From Setoptus koraiensis (lineage: Eukaryota > Animalia > Arthropoda): a DNA stretch of 64,000 nucleotides. Within the stretch, counting starts at the first letter, position 1. The number at the start of each line of letters is the position of its first letter. The position numbers and the translations under genes were made by a program. The notes under the pieces were generated by a model that saw nothing but the letters and a program-made list of their open reading frames with translations, did not search any database and was not told the DNA's origin. This document shows positions 37,801 through 49,050 of the stretch, piece after piece. The DNA lies in the NCBI GenBank assembly GCA_048013815.1, contig CM106586.1, positions 13,640,001 to 13,704,000 of the forward strand, given 5' to 3'.

Positions 37801-39965
37801 GCATCGGCCCAGTCGAGTGCGGGTTACAGCGGCGCTGCGAGCGGCCCGTCGGCAAGCTACAACGGCGCTACAGCGACGAGCGCGGCACCCGAGAAGGGGT
37901 CGTCGGCGTCGTCGTACGGCCAATCGTCGGCAGCGTCGTACGGCCAATCGTCGACGGTAGGCGGCCTAAGCACCCACGAACTGCTAGCCCTGTACCAGGC
38001 AAACTCGGCTCTAGTCAAGGATCATTTGGGCGCCGGCGTGATGGCCCAATTGAGCCAATACGAGTCTGGCGATCAGCTGAAACTGAGGGATTCGCTGCCC
38101 AAATTTTACCTGGACAGTGGAGCGCAAACAAGCAAGTACGCCGACCAGCAGCAACAACATCAACAACAGCAACCACAACCACAGCAACAACCACAACGCG
38201 CGCAATACGGCAAACCAGCTCAACAACAACAGCAACAACAACAACAACATCAGACCAACAGCTACAAAGCGAGCTGGCCGGCGCCAGCTGACTACGGACA
38301 GGCAGCGGGGGCGGAAGTTGGCGAGCAGCAGCCCCAGTATCAGTCCATTCATCAGCAGATGCAACAAGTGTTGCACGAGCTCGCCATCGGCGACGACCAG
38401 TACAACCGCAAGGCGCCCGTGGTTGCGCACAACCAAGGTTATCCGAATCACCTGTTGGCGCAGCAGCAGCACCAGCAGCAGTACCAGCAACAGCAGCAAC
38501 AGCAACAACAACAACAGCAACAACCGGCCAGCTACGGGCAACAACAACAGCAACAACAGGCCAGCTACGGGCAACAACAACAGCAACAACAGGCCAGTTA
38601 CGGGCAGCAACAACAGGCGAGCGGTCCCAAGCAGCAACAGCAGAGCATCGGCTACAACCCGGACCAGCTGATAGAATTGCCGCATTCGCCCGCGGATCAG
38701 GTGGGCGAAATAGCGGACCTAATAGAGGTAAGTTGGCGACAGTTGACGGGCGCCCGGGCGCAATGAGACGGTTGCGATCAGCTGTGATGAGACGGCTGCG
38801 ATCAGCTGCGATCAGCTGTGATGAGACGGATGCGATCAGCTGTGATGAGACGCAACCGGAAGTGAGAGCGGCCGATCGGATGTGAGCCGATGGCCGCCGT
38901 TGTGTGCGCCAGGCGACTCACAGTGTCAAATTGTCTAACTGACTCAATGTTTGCTCTTGTTTTCACTCCTCTTGCCCCCATTGACAGGCCCTGAAAGGAA
39001 CGCTCGACAGTCACGGACAGGCACCGCAGGGCGCCCCGTCCAGCGGCTCGTATCCCGCGGCGAGCGGCGAGCCCGCAGCCAGCGACAAGCCGCTAGAGGA
39101 CGTGCAATACCTTGTGTCGACACTGAAGCAGTCGCCCTCTTACGCCATGTCGATACCCATCGACCAGGCGTCACAGCAGCAGCAGCAGCAGCCACAACAA
39201 ACTAGCGGTCAGTACAAGACGACGGGCAACAGCGACACATCGGACAAGCGGCCGCAGCAGCAAAATGCGGCGCCGGCGTACGGCGGCCAAAGTGCCCATC
39301 AAGAGGAATATTCCGCACAACCGCAACAACAACAGCAACAACCACAACAACAGCCACAGGCATACGCTACCGAGCAACAACAGCAGCAGCAACAACAACA
39401 ACAGCAGGCCATCGGTTACGGCCAACAGCAACAACCGTCGGTCGGCAGCTCTGGCTCGGGCGCATACGGACAGCCAGCGCAAGCGGACGGCGCCCAGTTG
39501 TCGCAACTGGTGTCAAGCGCATACCAGCAACAACAGCAACAGCAACAACCGACTGACCAGCAGCACGACTACCAGCCGCTGGCGAGCTTCGTCGAGTCAC
39601 TTCCGCAAGCCTATCAAGAGCTGATGCAACAAGCGGCCGTGGTTCATTCGGACGCGGGCGCCCAGGCGCTCACCATAAGTCACGACGTGGTGCTGTCGCA
39701 GCCTCAACAGCAGCAGCAGCAGCATGAGGCGCCCAGCGCGGCGACAAGTGCGGCGGCTTCTCAGTCGGCGTACGGTCAGCAGCAGGCGGCGGCCTCTCAG
39801 TCGGCGTACGGTCAGCAGGCGGCGGCGGCCGCCGCGGATTTGTTGCCCAACGCCAACACTGTCGCGGGCGACTTCGGAACCCGTTACGCGGCGCCCACGT
39901 CGGCGGCGTCGTCCGACAAGCAACAACAACAGGCTGACAGCAGCAAGCAAACAAACGCCTACTGA
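34846..39965 (+). CDS. Large low-complexity, probably secreted structural protein (cuticle/eggshell/cement/silk-like); join(34846..38727, 38988..39965), ~1619 aa
   Basis: 3.9-kb stop-free frame with strongly C/G-ending codons. Hydrophobic segment LALSLLIGLILINGLMSVMA (35152-35211). Donor GAG|GTAAGT at 38727/8 and pyrimidine-rich acceptor TTGACAG|GCC at 38987/8 join in phase 0 to the 39102..39965 frame. Protein-level repeats (GQSYG/SYS x10, ASYGQQQQQQQ x3, SQSAYGQQ x2). No known domain recognised; true start uncertain. Confidence 0.85.
38728..38987 (+). other. Spliceosomal intron of the structural-protein gene (260 bp, phase 0)
   Basis: Consensus donor GAG|GTAAGT; polypyrimidine tract TTTGCTCTTGTTTTCACTCCTCTTGCCCCCATTGACAG; frames on both sides match. 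Confidence 0.8.
38773..38852. repeat. ~24-bp intronic tandem repeat GCGATCAGCTGTGATGAGACG-xxx
   Basis: Three full copies and one partial copy inside the 260-bp intron. Confidence 0.85.
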
Positions 39966-40410
39966 TGACATGAGTCGTCGCCCTCTCTCTCTCTCTCTCT
40001 CTCCGTCTCTCACTGTTATTATTAGCCGGGTTCCATTGATGCCAACGGCAATTTATTCACGGCACCAAGTTGAATAATGTTGTCGAGGGCGCCAACAACC
40101 GCACAGGGCGCCTTGTTGCGCAATCGGACAGCGCAGCGGCGCGTCCAGCGTCGGCTAATGATCTGTAATATATGTTATAGTTTACATTTTCTATTAAAAA
40201 CAACAACAACAACAACAACTGTCCCTATTGCGCAATTCAACTTTGTGTCTATTTATACTCGCTGCGCTTCTATCAGCGAGCGCTTGTTGTTACGTTACAT
40301 CCGCTGTGCCGATTTATCTGTTTATGATGCAAATGCCGGATAAACAAACAACAACAACAACAGCTACATTTGATTGAGATTGTCGGCTGCATATTGGCAA
40401 GCGCACTATC

Positions 40411-40454
40411 CAGCGATACGCAGCGATATGCAGCGATACGCAGCGATATCCAGC
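40411..40454. repeat. 10-bp tandem repeat CAGCGATAYG x4
   Basis: TAC/TAT variants alternate. Confidence 0.85.
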
Positions 40455-40960
40455 AAAATTGCATTGCAAACGATGTTGTCGTGATTGGCCGTGCTATATT
40501 GAATGATTGTTTGCATGAGCGCTAATGGATTATCAGCGCCCATCACACAATTGCTAATTGTCTGATTGCCGTCAGGCATCGGCCTATCAAATTACCTGTG
40601 CCACCACAAACGATTACGTGATCATTACGTGGGCCGAGCCGACTGTTGCAATTGCAATATATCTGCGGCGAGCCAGCGCTGACTTTGATTGATCTAATCT
40701 CGTCCGATGTCGCTGATGGCGACGCTCGCATAATACCTGGCGCGTTGGCCTGATCGGCTTCGGCGGCTTCGCTGGCCACACTGGCTTCGTGGCCCGCTGT
40801 TCGCGTCGGCGCAAATTGTTTTCCGGCCCGCGCCCGTCGGCAACTAGCGCAAGTGGCCGCTACCTCACAACTTATGAGTTACAACTTGTAACTTACAAGT
40901 GACCGCAATCGGTCACAGGCGAATTGCTGCCACCTTGCGACCACGGGCCGAGGTGACGGC

Positions 40961-41040
40961 GCCGAATGGCCGGCGACAGCGCAAATTCGCTTGTGACAGC
41001 GCCAATTCGCTTGTGGCAGCGCCAACTCGCCGGTGACAGG
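40961..41040. repeat. 20-bp tandem repeat GCCAATTCGCTTGTGACAGC x4 (diverged)
   Basis: Units at 40961, 40981, 41001, 41021. Confidence 0.8.
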
Positions 41041-44000
41041 TGCGCGCGGCGCGGGCCGGAAAACGATTTGCGACGGCGAGAACAACGGGCCGCAAGCGGA
41101 CGGGAACCGCAATGGGCACATCAGCAAATTGCTGTTGGTCATTTGTCGCCTGGCCGGCGCGCACATTACAAACAAAGTGACATTCTTGCGGCAGGCGCAT
41201 AAATGATTCCAGATTATTATAATTATCATGATTGCGGGCGGCGCACACAGGGCGCACATCGGGCACATCGGGCGCCTATCGGACGCACATCGGGCGCACT
41301 GATCGTGGGCGTCGGGCCACCATTATTTGTGCCACGCATGTAGTGTGTGTGTCGGGCATTATCGGGTACGTGTCGGGCGGATGCCGGGTACGCGTTGGGT
41401 GTGCGTTGGGTCGTATACATTGGGATTTGTTGTTTGTGGGGATATGTTTGCAGATATTGCGATGCATATATCAAAATGTATATATGCGCATATTGTTGGC
41501 ATATACGCGTACTGGGTAGGTGCCGCTAACAAGCGCCAATCATGTTTATTTGGGCATCACCACTAATTGAGATGCCCATGGCCGCACAGCTGATGCAAAT
41601 GGGGCCATATAGCCATATAAGCGCCCGGCGATCGCCTAATACTATGTCTATGTGCCTCACACGTATCACTACTAATACGGTATTACTGATACGGTATTAC
41701 TGATACGGTATTACTGATGCGGTATTGGACGGCAAGGATAATGCGCGCCGATTTATCCGTCGACTGGTTTATCGGGTGAGCGGTTTATCGGGTGAGCGGT
41801 TTAGTAGCAAGTGGTCGGCATCTATTAATAGGCGGCGGTTTATGGCTGCGCGCCGGTTGCACATAGCGGCTAATGGTGGGCTAACGGTCATAAATTAATT
41901 TGTCGCATCCATTGTGCCGCTGTGGTCATTAGGGCTTGTTTATCTGGGTTGTGAGTGTTGTCGTTGTCGGTGTCGCCGTTGTTGTCGGTGTCGTTGTCGC
42001 CGTGTTGTCGTCGTTATCGGCCCACAATGACAGCGCCATCGGCCGGCCGTTTGCGCCGATTGGGCCCCGGCGATAAATAAATGCACTATAAATGCATAAA
42101 TTAATGACATTGTTCGCCGCTGCCGCTATGAATCATGCTAATGGTCAATTATAGAGATGGAGAGATAAATGATGACGGCCAGTCTTGGCGCTCGTTGTTG
42201 CGGTCGGCGGTTGCCGGTGGTCAGTTGTTGGTGGTCAGTTGTTGGTGGTCAGTTGTTGGTGTCGCGGCGAGCGACCATTGTGATTTGTGCCGTGCAGCAC
42301 AACAATAACAACGGGCCACAAATAGGCACCATAAATGGCCCAGTTGTGTCTCTATCGGCCGCTATCGGCTTGCTCGCTGCTCAGTTGGCGTATTCATATT
42401 ATTCATTTCGAAACCATCATTTGTCCGTGCTGGTGTGGCGAGCGCCCGCTGACCAGTGCGCCGATTAGTGGTGGTCAGTGGCACAGCAAGCGCGCTAATG
42501 AACAACAATTAATGGTTTGCAAACAAACAAACAAACGACCAGCGCAACGGTGACAGCCGTCCGATCGTTTGCCGGTCACAGTGATGATTAATTAATTAAT
42601 TCACTCAAACTCTTCTCGCACACACACACACCCACACACCGCCTCATGCTAATCAAGCCCGTGGCCGCACACGTACACGACGGACACATCGCATTGTGCG
42701 CGCAGTGTCCGCACTGACAGCAGTGTTGAACGCGTGCATAAACGCGTGCAAAACAACACACGCCACAAACAATGAAAGCGAGCGCTTCCGCTCCATCGGT
42801 GCACCACCCGCCGCTCGCTCCCATTCGCGCCCCATTTATCTCACAGCAACACTGACGCAACAAATTATTATCACTCTCTATTGGATCAGTGTTTATCCAG
42901 TGTCTTATCAGTATAAATCAGTGTTCTATCAGATAAACGCTGCTGTTGCTGCTGCTGCTGCGAAAATCTCCCCTCTGCGAGCTTCGTTTTAATGTCACGC
43001 GGCGTAGGGACACAAATCAAAGCGGCGCCACCATCGCGATCATCCGGTTTGGGCGATGATGCAATCGCCAACACAAACAGAGTGCACAATTCGCACTCGA
43101 CACTCTCTAACTGTTATATGGTCATTATGCGTTGAATTGAACGCAATAATGATTGCGGGAGAGACCCTAATAATTATTGCGTCACCCCTCCCTCTCCCCT
43201 CTTCAAACAGGGCAGGGGAGAGGAGATCTCCCGGGAAGAGATCCGTCCGCCAGGCGTGTGCCGGGCAACTGTGCGGTGTGCCTCCGGCCAGAGTATAATA
43301 AAACGAGCTCAACAAAGAACAAAAATATGGTCCCCCGGTTGGTTCCCCGGGCGAATTCAAAATGTGATATCGGACTGCGATCATGGGAGCGAGGGTATTC
43401 CCAGTCCCGCTCTCGAAAATTGAAACGAGAAGGGAGGCCCCATTTGGGAGACGGTCTCCCAACCTTGGCCGGTCACGAGAACGCAAATGCCAATTGAATT
43501 GGCGCCAACGAAACGATCACGATTACGAGCCCCACAGATAACAAACTTTGGTGTTCATTAATTTTGTCTGCACCAATTGACCCAATTATAAGCTTTAGCC
43601 ACTGTTGTTACGTAACTCGGGCAAGATACTATTATGTTAGGATTGTGCATGAGATCGGCCACGAATTAACACTGGCGCTAGTTGGCAGTTTGCATGTTGG
43701 CTTCGAGACAATTCGTGCACGACAATGCGACACAATGGACGATATTTATCCCAAAAAAGGGATATTGAGCGGGATATTCACTGATTGTGTGAATATCTCT
43801 AAATGTGTTAAATGTGCTCGTGCATGCAAGAAGAAGCGAAAATCATGCACGATTATTGCATAATGGTTAGTTATCATCATTAGTCGGCCAATGTCATTAT
43901 TGTTTATGCAATACAGAATACAAACTCAATATAAACTGGAGCCAATACAAATTGATGGGCCCCATGAATAGCGCTACTTTATTTTATGGGCTCATCTCTT

Positions 44001-45299
44001 ATCATTAGTGCCATTATTGCATTAGCACGCCACATTTAACATCGCATGTGTGTTATGTAAGGTCGCATTTATTGTGACTACACACAAATGCGACAATAAA
44101 GACAGATATGCGATTATTGTGCCAATTTCTCCGGCCTGGCGAGACGCAGCCGACCAATGGCCACACACTGGCCAGTCAGTGAACCAATCAACGTGATTAT
44201 CTTATTATTTGGTGGATGGCCATCGACATTTTGGCCACTTTAAGTGGCTGTGACTGTCACAGTTTGACAGAGCTCACACTGACAGTCACCTTTTGGGACC
44301 TTTTGTTGTCGGCCATGGGCGATTGGCAATGTAACCATCGCTTAAGTAACTATCGCTTGTGTAACTGTCGCTTATGTAACTGTCGCTTATGTAACTGTCG
44401 TATCGGTAGTCACAATATCGTATCGGTAGTTACATAAGCGATACTCACTTAATGCTCGCCAGGCTGCCAGTGCCTGGCACGAGCAAGCCAACTGGCTAAA
44501 CTAAACTGTTACCTGTAACCGGCTGCTCGTGCCCCCCAATCGCATGGGGCCCAATGTTAATGCCCCATGCGATGCACACAATAAATACGATTGTTGCAGG
44601 TATCTCTTTCCATTCACCAGCACATCGCTCCATTCACCCATCTGGCCATTTCGGCAAGTTGGGCCCGAAGACATTCGCAGCATAACGGGGTGCATCGGCC
44701 GCCAATTTGGGCCTCAGCCGCCAATTTAAGCCCCGGCGACACACTCGAAATGGTCTTTTGGCCCATTTGCATGGTGCCTTTTGACTTCGGGGGCATTTAG
44801 TTACTTGTATCCAGGTTACTGGTTGGCCTGGCTAATAGCTGGATATAATATGCTTTATTGGTTTTTAAGTGGCCTCGCTTGATTGATTCTAGCTCAACAC
44901 TGACAAACACGTACGTGGCTTATTGTTGTACCGGTTGCATTGAGCGGATGTGCTCGCATTGTTTCAACGACGCCATCATCTCAACGCGACTCGATTATCC
45001 GGCTCGAAGGCATTGGTTTCATTCAGATTTTCGTTGCATGTCAAACTGGCGCTTGAGCCAGCTTGTTTGGGCACAACGAGCCAGTTGTTGTCATTGGGGC
45101 ACCATATATCTTGTGCTGGGGCCAAGTTGTTATGCGCACATTGTATAGCTGGCTGACAAGTGATAAAACTCATAGATAAATCGCATGCATTTGGGCCAGT
45201 CGGCCTGAATGCTGATGAGGCGAGCTCAGCGAGCGAAATGCACGCGCTCAATGGGGCATTTGAGGCGAGGCGTCGACGACAGCGGACAATGGGGACCAT

Positions 45300-45405
45300 A
45301 ATGAAGAGCACAGTAAAGAGCACAGTAAAGGGCACAGTAAAGGGCACAGTAAAGGGCACAGTAAAGGGCACAGTAAAGAGCATAATGAAGAGCGCAATAA
45401 AGGGG
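45300..45405. repeat. 12-bp tandem repeat GCACAGTAAAGG ~x8
   Basis: Read directly from the sequence. Confidence 0.9.
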
Positions 45406-45746
45406 ATAAATAATTAAAAAGCGGAAGTGGTGAGTGGTGCTGAGTTGACAATAGTGGCGACAGTCATTTTTCGAGAGTCGGCACTGGGCGCGAAAATGAT
45501 CACAACGATGATGACAAGCGAGACATGAGCGCAACAATAACAAGTCGATGCCCGGCATAGAATTAGCGTAATTATGTGGCTTGATTGTTGGCCTCATTCG
45601 CTGGCTGGCATGAGCGCCGGGGTGTGCCAATAGTTGATTTAGCAGCAACAACAATTGTTAGACAATGGGCAAAAGAAATACTTTTGTTGTTGTGTGTTGC
45701 GTAACTCGTCGGCTAATGAGTTTTGCAGCACAGCAAAGATTGCATG

Positions 45747-45807
45747 CTGATACTGGCTGATACTGGCTGATACTGGCTCATACTGGCTCATACTGGCTCA
45801 TACTGGC
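45747..45807. repeat. 10-bp tandem repeat TACTGGCTSA ~x6
   Basis: Read directly from the sequence. Confidence 0.9.
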
Positions 45808-47675
45808 GCTAATTGTGCCCCGAGAATCTGGCCAATGCGCCAAATCTGGCCAATGCGCCAAATCAGTGTCGGCTAACGAGTTTCACGAGTTAAGTAAGTT
45901 ACACAACTTGTGTATCTCACTGTTAACTCGTACATGCATTATGTAATATATGTATACATATCTATACACTGGTTAGGTTGCTCGTATCGCCAATTCGCTC
46001 GAAGCCAACAACTTCAAAACACTTGCAATATTTGTTACTGGTGCTGTTGCGCAACCTGTGATTTTCCGACAGACGCGAACAGAGAGAAAGAGAGCACGTG
46101 CTACAATTAGTGCGCCCATAATTGAGTTGAGTTGTGCATGTTACAACAGAGTTGCAACCAGTTATCAGTGATCACCTGGCGAGAAGAAACGAAAACAAAG
46201 CGCCAGTTACGTAATGATATAATACGAGCCACTGAGCAGTTAACGAGCAGCGATAGGAGCGTGCATCATTAGCGTTAGTTAGCGCCATCGACACCTTTGT
46301 TAATGGGCCAAATTGGTACATCATCGGCAATCGGTCAATTGATTACGCCCATTGGTACGTGTTACTTGTCGGCAGTAAGTGATTTATTGTAACACACTCT
46401 TTACATACAATCATAGCTGCATCTCCTATCTGTATATTATCTGTATAGTTGTATATCTGCAGAGTTGTATATCTGTTATGTAATAGCAGTCGAATGTATA
46501 GTTATCTGTTGTATGGGCATGCAGATATAGCCGTGATTGTATAACTAATGATAACAACACCGTGACCGGACACGATTGGCGCACTGGCCGCCAACTAGCG
46601 CCCAGTGCCGTTGGCATTTGAAGTGCGATTGTTATCTGTGGGGCCCCTATCAATCATTTTCATTGTTTGTGTTGGCCGGCAGCAGCAGCAGCCACCTACG
46701 CACTGTGCAATAATTGTGTGTAATGCGCCAAATTGATTGGTGATGAGCAAATAATAATATCATGTTACAGTTTGCCGGCCTTGCCATTATCGTTATTATC
46801 GCCGGCTCGTCGCTATGTGCTCGTATCGGTAACGGGCCACTCACATCGCCATGCCGGCGATACACCAGCCATGCACCAGAGATATACCGGCGATACGCCA
46901 GAGATATACCGGCGATATACTGGCGATATAGTGTTGTGTGGCGCGAGAAGCAATCATAAAGATCACGTTACGTTATTATATACACACTTATAGTTATATA
47001 ATAACGTTACACTGATTTGCTACACTGATTCGCGCAGTTGTATCGCCGCACAGCTCGTTGGCTGCGCACCGACACAACTGCGCTATTACTGTATAACGCT
47101 ATAACTGTGCCGCATAACTGTGCCACTGGCCGAATAAACTGGCCACTGGCGCCAACAACAACAATCACTCTCTAGGTAAATGGTGGCTCCAATTATAGCC
47201 TACAAATAACCGCTGACCACTGCCCATTTGACAATAATTGTCGTCACATACACGTACACATACACAAATACACTGGCGCACTAGACAAATAGACACATCG
47301 GCTCACAGCAGCAGCAGCAGCAGCTCGAGGGCAGTTGTCCAGTTGTCTGCTGTTCAATTTGCACGTTGCACGTCGCAGTTACGTCACGACGCATTTGTCG
47401 TTGTTAGCTGCAGTTGTTGTTGTCGTTGTTGTTGCTGCTGCTGCTGCTGCTGTCGTTGTTGTTGTTGTTGTTGCCAGCCTGCTGCTGCTGCTGGCCAACG
47501 GGCGACGATGATACAACGTGGCAAGTGGACGAGCGAGCGACGCAACTGTAATGGAGTGCCAGTAATTGTTTTGGTAATGGTCATTTGACAAGACACCCCC
47601 ACACACACTGACCATGCCATTGTAGGCGCCAATACGCAGCAACATATAGGCTGCCATCAACGCGGCAGGCGATCG

Positions 47676-47724
47676 GGGCCCCTTCGAACGGGGCCCTTCG
47701 AACGGGGCCCTTCGAATGGGGCCC
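47676..47724. repeat. ~15-bp dyad-symmetric tandem repeat GGGCCC(C)TTCGAACG x3-4
   Basis: Alternating palindromes GGGCCC and TTCGAA. Confidence 0.9.
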
Positions 47725-48262
47725 CTCAAGACTGGCAATTGCATAATGCCGGCAGTTCATATTGCATCGTGTGCGCAACAGCGCTCATTGAATCAACTCA
47801 ATAGATAATTAATTTACTCTTAACTACTGCTCGCTAATGGACCGCGCCGCGATGTTTGTTTTTTATTATTACCATCACAATTACTGTTATTATCATTATT
47901 ACTATTATTATCATCATCTCCTGTTGTAGGGCCGCTGTTGTTGTTGCGCCGGTTGTTGTTGCGCCGGTTGTTGTTGCGCCGGTTGTTGCCGTGTCGTTGT
48001 TGCGCCCGCCAAGTGCTTAGGCGGCCCAACACACTACCTAATTTAGGCCGCCTAACTGGTTGCTGGCCAACAAATGCTCGCTTGCCAAGTGGCGCCTAAT
48101 TGGTGTTTGAATGCAAACTGCCTCATTCAGGCACCAATTACCAACTAATAAGGCCAGCATAAGCACTGTCCATTTGTGTGGCTCGACACGAGAAGCGGCG
48201 CCCCGTTAGTTGAGACAATTCTCAATGACATTCATCCAAATTCAACTAGTAAGTGCGCCGAC

Positions 48263-48350
48263 ACTATGCAGTTACAGTATGCAGTTACAGTATGCAGTTA
48301 CAGTATGCAGTTACAGTATGCAGTTACAGTATGCAGTTACATTATGCAGT
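48263..48350. repeat. 13-bp tandem repeat ATGCAGTTACAGT ~x6
   Basis: Read directly from the sequence. Confidence 0.9.
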
Positions 48351-48960
48351 CATAGCATCCAGTCATAGCATCCAGTTGCAGTGTCCAGAGGTGCAACTTG
48401 CGCAACTATGCGCGGGACCCGGCGCCGCGGTTACCCGTTCGAATCGCGCACAGTGTCGGCCGCCGTCTCGAGCCAATCGTATGTATGTACTTACGTAATG
48501 CGGGGCCCCATTGCGTGCATATTCAGCGATGGTGCCGCGGCTAATATGCACGCAATGGTGCACCGCTAATCACGCTGTTATAGTTATATTAATATACAAC
48601 AATGTACTATGACTATGAGATAAGAAGCCAGTGCCTGATAATACAATAACGCACGCCACACAAACAGCCAGCAGTGGGGCCAGCAAGCGAGCGCTCACAA
48701 GGCACCAGCAACGGATATAAACAAGTTGATGAGGTTGCCGGGCCCCACAAGCGAGCGTCATCATTTGGCGCTGATTGTAATTCAATTGCTCGGGCCCGGC
48801 GATTGCTATCAATCGCAAGTGTTTTTGCGCTTGTTTTGCAACTGTGCAGCGGGTCCCGTCGCCCGATAGGCTCCATTAACAATGCAACTTTGCCCGACTT
48901 TGCACGGCCGCTCAAGCGTTTCGGCCGGCAACCAGCGACGAGCCGCATACTTTTGGGGCC

Positions 48961-49050
48961 GGCAACTTTTGCCAACTTTCGGCAACTTTTGCCCGATTTT
49001 GCCCGCTTTTGCCCACTTTTGCCCACGTTTGCCCGCTCTTGCCGACACTT
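48961..49050. repeat. 10-bp minisatellite GSCMRCTTTT x9 with phased T-tracts
   Basis: Units every 10 bp from 48961. Confidence 0.9.
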
